This document shows positions 12,650-25,767 of a DNA stretch of 64,000 nucleotides, one piece after another. A model generated the notes under the pieces. The model did not search any database and had not been told where the DNA came from. It saw nothing but the letters and a program-made list of their open reading frames with translations. A program made the translations under genes and the position numbers. The stretch lies in the NCBI RefSeq assembly GCF_004010195.1, contig NC_057751.1:9367611-9431610 (forward strand). Direction: 5' to 3'. Source of the stretch: Chiloscyllium plagiosum (Eukaryota). Each line of letters starts with the position of its first letter. Position 1 is the first letter of the stretch.

Positions 12650-15600
12650 CGAAACACAAAGTAGGAGTGGGAGGTAGCTTTTCAGCCCTTGGAGCCTGCT
12701 CCACCATTCAGCCGATCATGGCTGATCATCCAACTCAATAGCTTAATCCTGTTTGCTCCCCCCATAGCCTTTAATCCCATTCACCCACGTGCGATACCTG
12801 GCCACCTCTTGAATACATTCAATATTTTGGCATTACCAATTTTCTGTAGTAATGTTTCATTAAGAACAGAGAAGGTGGTAAAAGAGGGGGGAGATGTGGC
12901 ATTGTTAGTGAAGTAATGTAATACGGTGGCAGAATGGACATTTGATGAGGACTTGTCTTTTAAGGTAGTATGGGAGAGGTTAGAAACAGGAAAGGAGAGG
13001 TAATCCTGTTGGAGGTTTTCCACGGGCCTCCAAAACGATCCAGAGATGTAGAGGAAAGGATTGCAAAGATGACCCAGGATAGAAGCCAAATTAATAGGGT
13101 AGTTGTTATAGGGGCCTTTAACTTTCAAAATATTGACTGGGAACCAGATTGTTCAAGTTTTTTAGATGAGTCAGTTTTCGCCCATGTGTGCAGAAGGGTT
13201 TCCTGATATATTAATTAGATACGCCAACAACAGGCAAGGCCACATTGAATTTGGTACTGAGTAATGAACCAGGCCAGGTGTTAGAATTGGAGGTAGGTGA
13301 TCACTTTGATGATAGCGACTGCAATTTTGTACGATGGAAAGAGATAGGGCAAGAGTTATAGCCGGGGGAAAGGCAATGATGATGCAATTACGCAAGATTT
13401 AGGTTGCTTCGGGTGGGCACGATTGAAATGTGCAGCTTGTTCAAGAAACAGCTACTGCGTGTCCTTGATAAGTATGTACCTGTCAAGCAGGGAGGGCAAG
13501 GGAGCCTTGCTTTACTGAAGAAGTTGAATCTCTTGTCAAGAAAAAGGTGGCAGCTTAGGGCGTTGGAGAGTTACAAGATAACCAGGAAAGACCCAAAAAA
13601 AGAGCTCAAAAGAACCAGGATGGGACATGAGAAGTCTTTGACAGGTAGGATCAAGGAAACCCTAAAGCCTCCTATAGGTACGTCAGGAATAAAAGAATGA
13701 CGAGAGTAAGATTAGGGCCAGTCAAGGACTGTAGTGCGAAGTTATGCATGGAGACCAATGAGATAGGAAGAGGCGCTAAATAAATATTTTTCATTCACAT
13801 TCACACAGGAAAAAGACAATGTTGTCAAGGAGAATACCGAGATTCAGGCTATTAGACGAGACAGAATTGAGGTTCACAAGGGGGTGGTGTTAGCAATTCT
13901 GCAAAGTGTGAAAATATCCCCTGGGATGGACGTGATTTATCGTAGGATTCTCTGGGAAGCTGGAGGGGAGATTGCCAAACCTTTGGCTTTGATCTTTATG
14001 TCTTCCTAGTCTGTAGGAATAATACCAGAAATGTTGTCCCCTTGTCCAAGAAGGAGAATAGAGACAATCCTTGTAATTATAGACCAGTCAGCCTTACTTC
14101 GGTTGTGGATAAAGTGTTAGAAAAGGTTTTAAGAGATAGAATTTATAATCATCGAGAAAGGAAGAAGTTGATTAGGAATAGTCAAGGCGGTTTTGTGAAG
14201 GGTAGGTCGTGCCTCAAAAACCTTACTGAGTTCTTTGAGAAGGTGGACAAACAGGTGGATGAGGGTAAAGCAGTTGATTTGGTGCATAGGGATTTCAGTA
14301 AGGCGTTTGATAAAGTTCTCACAGTAGGCCACTGCACAAAATACGCAAGCATTGGATTGAGGGTGATTTAGCGGTTTAGATCAAAAATTGGCTCGCTGAA
14401 AGAAGACAGAGAGTGGTGGTGGATTGGAAATGTTCACTCTGGACTAACGCAAGGATCTGTTTTGGGTCCATTACTCTGACATTTTTATAATTGACCTGGA
14501 TGAGAACGTAGAAGGGTGGATTAGGATATTTGCAGATGATACTTTAGGTCGGTAGAGTTGTGGATATTGCTGAAGGATGTTGTAGGTTACAGAGGGACAT
14601 AGATAAGCTGCAGAGCTTGGCTGAGAGGTGGCAAATCGAGTTTATGCGGAAAAGTGTGAAGTGATGCAAAGTACTGGGCTAATGGTAAGATCCTTGGTAA
14701 TATCGATGAGCAGAAAGATCTCAGTGTCCAAGACCATAGAACCCTGAAGGTTGCCACCCAGGTTGATAGGGTTGTTAAGAAGGCATCCAATGTGTTAGCT
14801 TTTATTGGTCGAGGGATTAAGTTTCAGAACCATGAGATCATGCTGCAGCTGTTCAAAACTCTGGTGTGGCCTCACTTGGAGTATTGCGTACAGTTCTGGT
14901 AACCGAATTATCAGAAGGATGTGGAAGCTTTGGAAAGGGTTCACATGAGAATTAGCAGGATGTTGCCTGGTATAGAGGGAAGGTCTTACAAGGAAAGGCT
15001 AAGGGACTTGGGGACTCTCAAACCTTATTTCTGGTCACTGGAAGGATGTGGAAGCATTGGAAAGGGTGCAGAGGAGATTTACCAGAATGTTGCCTGGTAT
15101 GGAGGAAAGGTTGAAAGACTTCAGGCTGTTTTCGTTAGACAGAAGGTTGAGAGGTGACCAAAGGGAGACATACAAGACGACCAGAGGAATAGATAGAATG
15201 GGCAGTGAAGGCCTTTTTCCCTCAGATTGTGATGTCAAACATGAAGGGGCAGAGCTTTAAATTGAGGGATGATAGATAATCGGATAGATATCAGAAGTAG
15301 GTTTTATTCAGATAGTAGTTAGGGCGTGGAACATCCTGTCTGCAACAGTAGTAGACTTGCCAACTTTAAGGGCATTGAAATGGTCATTGGATAATGGAAT
15401 AGTGTAGGTTTGATGGGCTTCAGATTGGTTTCACACATTGTCACACTGCTGGGGGCCAAAAGGCCCTGTACTGCACGGTAATGCTCTATAATAAATTCCA
15501 GGCTCACCACTCTTTGGGTGAACACAAGGTCTCATCGCCTTCCTAAATGGTTTCCCAATTCCTCAAACTGTGACCCCTGGTTCTGGATGTACGCACCATC

Positions 15601-16190
15601 AGGAACATCCTTCCTGTAAATCAACCCTGTCTCATCCTGTTACAATTTGGCAAGGCTGAGGAGATCCCCCCTCACTGGTCTGAACTCCAGTGAAAACAAT
15701 CCTAACCCAGTTAAATCTCTCCTCATACGTCAGTCCTGCTATTCCCGGAATCAGCCTGATGAATCTTTGCTGCACTCCCATGAGAGCAAGAGCAACTGTC
15801 CTCAAAAGGCGGCCAAAATGGCACACAAAAACTGATATTCTTGCTGTGGCCTCACAATAGCCCTGTATAACTGCAATAACACATCCCTGCTCCAAGACTC
15901 GAATTCCTCTCATTAAAGGCCAACATATCATCTGCCTTCTTGACCACCTGGTGTCACCTTCAGCGGATGGTGCACAGGACACCCGGGTCCTGCTGTACAC
16001 TCCCCTTTCTTAATTTCTCAATGTCCTAGACTGCCTTCTTGTTTTGGTAAAAGTGAATAACCTCACATTTATCAAATTGTGCTGCATCTGCCACTCATTT
16101 ACCCACTTATCAAACTTGTCCAGGTCATTGCTGAAGGATCCTCATCACAGTTCGCCCTCCCACCCACCTTGGGATCATCTGCAAACTTCG
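12650..16190 (-). mobile_element. Older minus-strand CR1 3' region (12650-12855 and 15495-16190) split by a plus-strand CR1
   Basis: Both pieces continue the same CR1 3' sequence (VQQRFIRLIPGIAGLTYEER). Confidence 0.65.
12865..15490 (+). mobile_element. CR1/HER1 LINE, most of ORF2 (endonuclease and RT), frameshifted
   Basis: VVVIGAFNFQNIDW, NYRPVSLTSVVDKVLE, GFVKGRSCLKNLTEFFE, DFSKAFDKV, FADDT motifs. Confidence 0.92.
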
Positions 16191-16199
16191 ACATCAAGA

Positions 16200-16965
16200 T
16201 GAACACAGGACCCTCAGCTCAATCAATCTGTTCAATTTTATGGAACAAGGGAATGGGAGCAGAGTTAAGCAGGTAGTTACAGTGAAGGATATTTCAAAAT
16301 ATTCCATTAAATCTGAAGACTACAGAGCAGAAATGAAATTCCAACATCAGAACAGACGTAGAATTAAACAAACTAATGGGGCTAAAACCAGTTCAGTCCT
16401 CTGGTCCTGATGGCTTGCATTCCAACATACTAGAAGTAGCAACAGAGATGGTGGATTCTGTACTGGTATTAGAGGATTGCTCAAAAGTGGCAACATTAAT
16501 CCCACACGCTAAAAAGAATTATGGAATCAATTATTAAATAACTAATACCAGCATTTTAAGAAAATATCAATCTAAAGCAGAAACAGCATGGCTACATAGG
16601 CAAATTTTGTCTGAGAATTTATTGTATTTCAAGGAAGTGACAACCAGTGTGGATAAAGAGGATCCAGCAGATGTGTTCTGTTTGGACTTTCTGAAGGTGT
16701 TCAAGGACAAACAGATCGAGATGTAATGGGCAGGAAACAGCAATTGTTAAAGGGCTCTTGTTCAGGGTGGTAGGGTACCACAGGGATTGGTAGAGAGATT
16801 GCACAAGGTTCACAAGGCTAAGAGGGAGGAACCGAATGTATTGCAATCAGATTTGCAGACCACACAAAAACAGGTGGAAAGGCCAAGTGGGAGACAAACA
16901 ATTTACTGAGAAAAGGTGATATGATAATTAAGTGGGCAAAGGATTGCCAGAGTATAATGTGGATG
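16200..16965 (+). mobile_element. Highly decayed CR1 RT fragment
   Basis: Remnants of SSGPDGLHS, FQGSDNQCG and FADHTK segments. Confidence 0.55.
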
Positions 16966-17790
16966 GACTAACTCAAGAAGCCTGTCTGGACTTCTTACTG
17001 AACACTACAATAGAATCACTGGTCATGGCATACACAGGTTACTCCCAGCTTGGGAGTTCTGCAGACCTCTTCCTGGATCTGCTGAATTTAACTTCGATCC
17101 AGAAGTGCTCTTATGTACAACTGAACGGCTTTCCCACTATCAAATCACCATGACAACTAAGTTTATCCGACTGCTGACACCAACACACCTTGTCTGACAC
17201 TCCAGAACACAATTCCTGCGAAAGTTGGATTATTCCACCTGTGCCACCTTTAATTCCAGTTCTGGGTCAGCTATACTTTCTTTTGATTGGGAGTATCCTA
17301 AAAGGGCCACATGACCTTATCCCTGTGCTGTACACCTGCACAAGCACCAGTGAAACACAAGAGCCCTACAATCAGAGTTTAAGATATTTCCCTTGTCAAC
17401 CTGTTCAAGCTTGGTAATACATGCTGTGATGACACAATGGCTTTAAAAGCTGTATTCTGTCCTGGTTTTTTAATCACAAAGAGGTTGAGACAGAGGTGAG
17501 AGCTGTCTGTTCTGCTCCAAGCCAATAAACAGCTGTGACACTTTGGGTTTTTTTTGGAAGTGGGAGTTGTAGAAGCAGCCTGAATGGGTGGAGTGAGGTG
17601 CTCAGAGTACCAAGTTTTAGTCTCGCTTGAAGTAGTTGTTGGGGTTTTGAAGCTGCTACATCTTTGTCACAGCCAAAAGATTGGGTTCTCTTCATGCTGC
17701 CAGAATTGTGTGAGAGACAGTCTCTTTTACTGTGGCTTAGCCAAGGTTGCATCTAAGGGATGTTACTTTATGAGAAGAGTTGCTGTTTAG

Positions 17791-18141
17791 ATTAAATTAG
17801 ACCTACACTGTGGAAACAGGCCCTTCGGCCCAACAAGTCCACACCGCCCCGCCAAAGCGCAACCCACCCATTCCCCTACATTTACCTCTTTACCTAACAC
17901 TACGGGCAATTTAGCATGGCCAATTCACCTGACCTGAACATCTTTGGACTGTGGGAGGAAACCGGAGCACCCGAAGAAAACCCACGCAGACACGGGGAGA
18001 ATGTGCAAACTCCACACAGTCAGTCGCCTGAGTTGGGAATTGAACCCGGGTCTCTGGTGCTGGATCGTGTGAGTTGGGAATTGAACCCGGGTCTCTGGTG
18101 CTGTGAGGCAGCAGTGCTAACCACTGTTCCACCGTGCCACC
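17791..18141 (-). mobile_element. HE1-type tRNA-derived V-SINE
   Basis: Reverse strand GGGTGGCACGGTGG...TGGTTAGCACTGCTGCCTCAC, B box GGTTCAATTCC, V-domain GTGTGGAGTTTGCACATTCTCCCCGTG, HER1-like tail. Confidence 0.9.
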
Positions 18142-18347
18142 CTAGTTTAGTCATTAGATAATCTGTTGCTGTGTTAAGTTTGTCAATAAAGTTTAAGTTA
18201 GACCAATTCCTTCTTGCATTTCTATTTTAACTGTAGATTGACAATGCAGTGTGTAACCAATTGAATTACATTTGGATCAAGCACCTTATACTTGCCTTAA
18301 AAAAACAAAACATTAGGATTTGGCCGTCTCCTTGCTATGCTTGCTTG

Positions 18348-18642
18348 GGGCGGCACAGTGGTTGAATGGTTAGCACTGCTGCCTCAGACCTTCAAAGACC
18401 CGGGTTAGAGTTCAGCCTCAGATGTCTGTGCAAACTCCATAGAGACATTCTCCCCGAGTCTGCATAGGTTTCCTACAGGTGCTCCAGCTTCCTCCCCCCC
18501 ACCCCCAAACAGAGTCCAAAGAAGTGCAGTTTAGGTGAGTTAGGGGAGTAATGAGGTTGGGGAATGTGTCAGGGTGGGATACTCTGAGTGTCATTGTGGA
18601 CTTGTTGGGTTGAATGGCCTGTTTCCACACTGGAGGGATTCT
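18348..18642 (+). mobile_element. HE1-type V-SINE (diverged)
   Basis: gggcggcacagtgg...ttagcactgctgcctca head and HER1-like tail. Confidence 0.8.
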
Positions 18643-19119
18643 TAAAAAAAAATTTTGAAGAGCATTTGGTCTAGTCCATTGCAGTACCTCTGGAGCATGT
18701 GAGTCTCTAATCCAGCCTCCACAATCCTGAGCGAGGAACAACAACACAACATCACAACAGTTCTTTTCTATGTCTGCTTTATGATCTTTTTGAGCTAAAT
18801 GTTTATTCAACTTCTGGTAGCTATGCTGATATTTTTAATCAGCTAGCTCAAAAGTATTATGATGCATCTGTGAAGCAAGTGGGACTTCAACCAGGGCCTT
18901 CTGACCCAGACATGGGATGCCATGACTTTAAAAACAAAAGCTCTTGTTTTTAAATTAGTAATTTTATTTTACATCAACTTATTCAGATCTATTATTACAC
19001 ACCTCAGGGGCAGGTGGGAATTGAATCCAGGCCTCCATGTCTTGGGGTATATGCACTACCAATGCATCACAAGAGGATCTCTTGAGGAGCCCCACAAGAG
19101 TTCCAGCTCGGTAGACAAG

Positions 19120-20530
19120 TTGGCCTCATGGGCATTGCAGGGGTAGGAAAATGTGAAGGTGGGTACTTTGGAAGGGTGAACAAAAGAACAGAGTATTAGT
19201 TAAAAGGGGAGAAAATTTGCAAAATACTGCAACACCCAGAACTTGGGAGTACTTGCACAGTAAACACAGAAAGCTTACATGCAAGCACAGCAGGAATGTC
19301 AATAGAATGCTGTCCTTTATTTCGGGGGGTCCGTATCCAAGTAGGATAGCGTTGCTGCAACTGTACAAAAGTGCTGGTGAAACAACATCTGCAGTACTTG
19401 GTCCCATTATTTAAGCAAAAATAATAATTTCCTTGGAAGCAGTCACTAAAGATTCATTAGGTTGATTCCTGGTGTGGATAGACTTGTCTTTAGATCAAAG
19501 GCTAAAAAGCTTGGGACTCCAATCACTGGAATTGAGAAAAATGAGAGGGGATCTCATTAAAACATATTGAATCAATCAAGGGCTGGACAGCATAAATGCT
19601 GACAGGCAGAGGCTCAGACCAAGGGCATAATCTCTCAAACGAGGTATGTCAACTCAGAACTAAAAGTCAATTCAAACTAAGATGAAAAGGGACTACTTCT
19701 CTCAGACAGTTCAGTGTCTTTGGAACTTCTTTGCACATCGTGTTCTAGGGTGGAGTCCTAGAGTTTACTTAAGGCTAAAAAAAAATTCAATCAGTTGGGA
19801 ATCAAGGAAAGCACAAAATAATATGAAGAATGGTGGTTTGAAATGGTGGAGCAGGCATCTATTCCACTTTATGATCTTAGGAAATAATCGTGTGCCATCT
19901 CCCAAGAGAACACAGGTTCTTCAGAACTGGAGTGCTTTAGCAAGTCATGACCTTGACTATGCCCTCTCCAATCTCTTGCTCCTTTCGAAAGTGTGGCACT
20001 GAATATTGACAGTACTCCATAACTTGTTCGCTTTGCAACTCTATGCTGCCAATTACAAAGCCCAGGATCCCAAACGCATTCTTAAACACGTTATGATTGT
20101 GTTCTATTGCTGACAACCATTTGTGCATATAAACTCCAAGGTCTCTGTTCAGACACCTGCTTTAAAACTGTACACTTGATATGGTGTTCCCCTACTACTT
20201 CTAATTGAAAACAATCACCTGACCCTTCTCTGCATCACTTTATGTCTGCCCATTCCACATGCCTGGCTATGACAAATTTCACGTCTACATTTTGGACCAT
20301 CGCGAAACTCTGCAATCTGTCTCATCAAAATACATCAACACATAATTGATTCCCAAAACCAATCCATGGAGCTATTTCCTCAGTCTTTGCCATCACCAAC
20401 AAACCATACAATATTATCACTTACCCATAAATTTTGCCCAACTGAACAATTTCAGCCACAACATCTCTCAGAACGAGATTCAGCACATCCTGCTCAAATA
20501 TTATTTTGATTTATTGTTTAAACCCAATGG
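19120..20530. mobile_element. Two decayed CR1 3' fragments tail to tail (+ 19120-19860; - 19870-20530)
   Basis: NRMLSFIS...LLQLYK and NAFGILGFV segments. Confidence 0.6.
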
Positions 20531-20733
20531 TTCAATTACCTGCTATTGAAGCCAATTCATTTCTCCTAACTGTACAGACAGATTTCCAAAGGCTGACAAT
20601 ATTGGATGAACAAGTACCCAAGTTGATTTTTTTGTTCTTGAGATCAGAGAAAGCAGAGCCAAGTGTGGCAATTCAATTAACACCAGTAACAGCCAGACAT
20701 ATGACATTCCACCACTTCGCTCAGTTCCATTAC

Positions 20734-20994
20734 CTGCTGACTTAAGGTTTAATATGTCTGCTGTGACTCCCAGTTGATTTTCAGTGACCACTGAAAAATG
20801 CATTGGAGTGGAGGGTGTTTTTGTACAAATTGAAACCAGAGCAGGGGATTGTGCCTTGTCCTGTTTCATCAGACCATGGAATTGTTTATTTGCATTATTT
20901 TCTGTTTTCTGCACAGCAGCCCTGATGCCATCATTCGGCGTTATTCGAAAAGAATTGTTCTTGCCAATGCTCTCAAGTGTTTCAACTGTTGGTC
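20734..20994 (-). CDS. CDCA2: CDCA2-like exon (…TPSTPMHFSVVTENQLGVTADILNLKSA)
   Basis: Matches CDCA2 SPLNFSTVTVEQLGITPESF; acceptor tgtgttgcag, donor CAG|gtaatg. Confidence 0.8.
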
Positions 20995-22298
20995 CTGCAA
21001 CACAAAATAATCAATCAATTTCTAAGAAGCAATGCAAATTTAGACAACATCCAAGTTTGGATCCACATGCTCGCAATGCTTGCTCACAGCTTTGAAGCAG
21101 ATGCAAGTTTCAACTGCCCTGAATGCACTGGGCTTGGGATGATCAACGTTTCTGGTTTTAAACATTCTTGCTACTCCTACTGTTAAGTGTGTCAATTTCA
21201 GAGAGGACAGGTTTATATTCAACTGTGTCTTAGTTCAATTGGATGTGTTGCTAATTTACTGGAAGGGTGAGGAAGGACAGAGATGCAAACTGCAAAGAAT
21301 AAAGATAAGCAAAATTATTACTTTTTTTAGAAAAAGATAGCAATGAATTTTCCCATCACTTTGTTTTAATTCATTCTCATACTTTGCACTTTGGGTTACT
21401 TGCACCTGTACATGATGGCACTGTTTTGGAAACAGGTTGGAGTCCACAATGTCCTCATTTAAAATATGGTGTTGTATTCCTGAATGACAAGTTTGAGTGA
21501 AACAAACTACAATGTCCACAGGTATGCATGTAGCCATACAGGTTCCTACAGACATTTGACCATCAGAACAAACAATGTACAAAATAGATTGAAGTACAGT
21601 ACCTTTTGTCTGTACGCTTACCCAAAATAGCTTACAAAAAACATATCAAAATAAAATAAATACAGTGCACCAAGGAAATCCATGACATTTTGATCAAAGC
21701 TTCAAAATCTTGAAACACAAAGTTAAAAGTACACGGATTCCTCACTATTTAAATACTTAAGAAAAAAAACTTTGAAAATATAAAGATCTTCACAAAGAGA
21801 AAAAAACTAAACACGTTTTCTTACAAACCTGTTCAGACATTCGAACACTCCTTTGAAACAGCACTTCAGGAGATAGAGACACTATCACTGTGCCAAATCA
21901 TGTTAAAATTACATTCACTTGATCAGGTTTGATGAACCAGGCTCCATCTTGTGGCAATGGCTGCCGCATGCAAGCAAATTTACCTCTGCCATGCAGTTGA
22001 GCCAATAACTTAATTACAAGTGCAAAGTTGGAGCCAAAATAAAAATTACACCGAGCCTTTAAAGGAGAGATCAGGCTTAGAGGTTGTGCAGAGAGACTCA
22101 AGCACAGATAAAAACTGGCCCGGATAACAAGAGTGGGAGCAGAAACAGAAACAGAGAAAACATCAGAAAAGCAGGCATTCCAGAGAACAAAAAAAATGAC
22201 AATGTTAAACCAAATACACATTTTCATGAACAGCACCGAAGCGATAAAGTTAACCAAATTAATTCAAAACAGAAACTTAGTATATGCCCACACATTAC

Positions 22299-22643
22299 CT
22301 GGAGTTTCTGGACCAACATGTCTCCGGTGTAAGCCATCAGATTGAATTAAGTCTTCGGTCTGGAGGTCTAATTCTAATGACTTTTTGGTCGAATAATCTG
22401 AGGCACTTGGACAGGTTGCGTGTGATCCTTCAGAAACAATCGCTAGTTGCCCATTTCGGGGATGACACTTTGTTAAATCGCCAACTTTTACCTTTTCTTT
22501 TTCTTGTAAATTTAATGGTGAACACAGTACATTGTTGGCTTGTAATGGTCTTGCACAAAACTGTTGCCTGGTGCTTTGATGTTGATTTTCAACTATTGAC
22601 ATTGTTATTTCACGCAAAGGATCATGCCTCAATTTCCTTTTGC
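22299..22643 (-). CDS. CDCA2: CDCA2-like N-terminal exon (KRKLRHDPLREITMS...HVGPETP)
   Basis: Open 345-bp exon, acceptor ttctgattaacag, donor CAG|gtaatg, phase 1 to 1. Confidence 0.65.
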
Positions 22644-22719
22644 CTGTTAATCAGAAACAAAATATTTTTTCATGTCACCAACTGCAATCCCAAAATTAGC
22701 CCCATTTAAAACAACACAG

Positions 22720-24900
22720 AACCATGCAGCTAAAAAAAAAAACTTTTCAGCCACCATGTCTTTGTAAATCATGTCATTCTGAACTAATCCTATCTGCCTA
22801 TACTTGGTGCATATCCCCTTATTCACTACCTGTTCATGTGTCTAAATGACTCTTAAATGTTCCTACCCGACCAGTTTGTTCCACCTCCCTTGGCAGCACA
22901 TTCTTGTCATCCATCATCATCTGCATAATAAACTTACCCCTCACATGTTCTTTAAAACTTTACCCCTCTCACTTCCAACATAAGCCCCCTACTTGACATT
23001 TCCAACCGAACGAAAGGAATGTCAACTAGCCACCATATCCAAGCCATTTAAACATTTCACATACTTCGATCATCGCTCCTCAGCCTTTGAACACATTTGG
23101 ATTGTATTCATTGGAGCGTCAATCTCTCATTATTGCTAAAGCACTCCAGTCCAGGCAACATCCTGGTAAATCTCTTCTGCATCCTCTCTCCAGCCTTCAC
23201 ATTCATCCTATATTGTGATGACCAGATGTGCACACAATACATCAAATTTAGCCGAAGATTTTATATTGCTCCAAAATGACTTGCCAACTTACAAACTTGA
23301 TGCATCAAGTGAAGACAAGCACACTGTTTGCCTTCTTTGACGCTTTATCCCTTTCAGGAAAGTGTGGACTCTGATTACATTCCATCTGTCTTTTGTTCCA
23401 TGTTTTCCTCTTATATTTCATCTCCTCACTTGCCCAGATTCTACTCCACCTGCTATTTTTCCACCCAACCTTCTGCTGTATTGTTTTCAACCTTCCTTGC
23501 TACCAACAGGTCCGATTTTGTCATCAGCAACTGACTGATCAGACCACCAACATTCCAAGTCCTTAATGTATAATACAAGCGCCAGCACTGATCCTTGGAG
23601 AAAACCAGTGGTGACAGACATCCAAACAGAAAAACAGATCTCCACAATGACCCTATGTATGAACAATGCCTGCACAGCAACTCACCATGGATCCGAAGTG
23701 ACTTCCGGACCTGCCTGCCATGAAGAACCTCATCAAACACTTCAGGAAAGTTCAGATCGAAAACATTCATTGCCTGACCCACAGTCATCTTCGTCACTTC
23801 CTTAAAAAAATTCAAGTTTCCAAGATCTCCCCCACAAAAAAAAATGCTGGTTTGCCAACAGGTCTATTCTTTTGTATGTGACAAAATCCTGTCACTAATC
23901 AGCCTCCGCAATAATTTCCCTTCTTAAACGTAACAAACAACTTGGGCTGTTTCCAGTCAATTGGATTTTTGCCTGGGGTTGAAGAGGATTCAAAGATCTC
24001 TGTCAGGACCCAAACAATCTCCTCCCTCACATGTCTCAGTATTGTGGCCTAAATCCATCAGCCCTTGTGGACTTGTTGAAGTTAACGTTTATCAATGCAC
24101 CCAGAACAACTACCTTCTTAATATCAGCATACTGCAGAGCATCAATTTCCCTTCCCTCAACTTAGCACCATCCATGTCCTTCTCCTTGGTGAAAACCAAT
24201 GCAAAGTGCTCATTGAGCACTGCACCCATCTCCTCTGGCTCCATGCATGAATTCCCTTTTATCCCACATAATGCTCTTAATATGATTATGAAACGCCTTG
24301 GGAGTCTCCTTAATCTTACTTGCCAAAGATATCTTGTAGACTCTTTTAGCTTTCCTCATTCCTTGTTTGAGCTCTTCCCTGCTTCCTTCATTTTCCTTAA
24401 GGATATCAGTTTCCTAAACATTAAACAAGCTTTCTTTTTGTCTGAATAAACTTTCAATACCGCTCATCATCCAGGGTTCCTGAATCTTACCATCATTATC
24501 CTTCATCTCCACAAGACTTTGCATGCCCTGAACTCTCCTCAACTGACCTCGAAAAAAGTGTCCCACTATCCTCAAACTGCACCCTCACAACCTAATTTCT
24601 CCAGTCCCTGCACAGTATTTTAACGAGCCTTCTCCCTGTTTAGCAATCTTACCCAAGAACCAGTCATATCCTTATCCATAACTATCTTAAACTTTAAATC
24701 CAACTATAACCACTGTTCACAATAGGCTACCTGCACTGAATCTTCAATCACCTGGCCACAGTCATTCCCCAAGTTCTTGTGTGACCTTTGCCTCATTGCA
24801 ATATCTACATAAACTTTCAAAAAAACCCTCTTGGAGTCATTTAAAAGACTCTATCCCATTGCAATGCTTGTTCAAGTTTTAGGCTTCCTCAAATGCTCCT
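22720..24900 (-). mobile_element. Decayed CR1 LINE ORF2
   Basis: FFKEVTK, QGSVL, ADDKIG and KKANSVLVF remnants in several frames. Confidence 0.75.
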
Positions 24901-24959
24901 AAAGGTCGAACAACCCATGCTTATGTAAAACATTTAACTTCCTAAAATTTGAGGAGGTG

Positions 24960-25110
24960 CCACTGGTGTTGGATTGGGGTGGATGAAGTTAAAAATCACA
25001 CATCAGGTTATAGACCAACAGGTATATTTGGAAGTACTCGCTTTTGGAGTGCTGCTTAAGTTCCTGCCCCACGAGCTACCTGATGAAGGAGCTAGTATTG
25101 TGCAATTTTT
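24960..25110. mobile_element. Degenerate Penelope-derived pLTR fragment
   Basis: gttaaaaatcacacatcaggttatag...cctgatgaaggagc (truncated hammerhead core). Confidence 0.45.
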
Positions 25111-25712
25111 AACTTGCTAAAATATACCAAATTTGACACCACCACTGACATGGTGAAAGTTTATATGAATTGAAGGTGGGGTGGAGTCAGGCAAAGTACA
25201 TTCCTGTTCCCTCAGGTGCAGCACATGATTTCCCACACATCCTCCTTGCGTGACTAACTGCAGGTGAGATCCAAAATGGAAACAGACAATTTAGTTATTT
25301 TCTGTACGTAAAACCCACACAACATGAACTTCTCTTTCAAATTACCACACATCGAGATGACCAATTCCCAAACGTGTTTCCTTCTGAAACGTCCACATTG
25401 CTGAACTTCAATACTGTGACGACAAGGTATCTTTCTGATAATGGCATCAACATGAAGACAAAAGTTTCTCCCATCCCAGTTCAATACTGAAGAAACACAG
25501 CATCTCAGCAATATCACATTTCAGATAAAAAGAAAATAAATACCTGACCTCCTCCGGAGGCATTTGGCACTATCCGAGCAAACATAATGAAGTAAACTGG
25601 CTACATCAGCACTGTGATCCAAAATAACCCACTACATTGGACGTTTCACAGAGCACTGTATAAACAAGTTATTAAAATCATTAAGCAATATGGGCAAACT
25701 TTTGTACTCTAC

Positions 25713-25767
25713 CAGATGCATTCCTTGTTGCTTTCTTCAGTCGATGACTGTTCGATGAAAGATTCTC
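25713..25767 (-). CDS. Candidate small upstream exon of the CDCA2-like gene
   Basis: catag|GAGAATC...GCATCTG|gtagag; open in two frames, one of which joins exon 22643 in phase. Confidence 0.35.

Larger units (their letters stand above)
17425..18683 (+). mobile_element. Possible LTR-like element interrupted by two HE1 SINEs
   Basis: TGTGATG start, internal AATAAA, ends ...gtccattgCA; no clear TSD. Confidence 0.3.

Noticed and set aside
21256-21582. 108-aa ORF as a CDCA2 exon
   Set aside because: No donor found in the phase needed to join exon 20994; the flanking exons splice in frame without it
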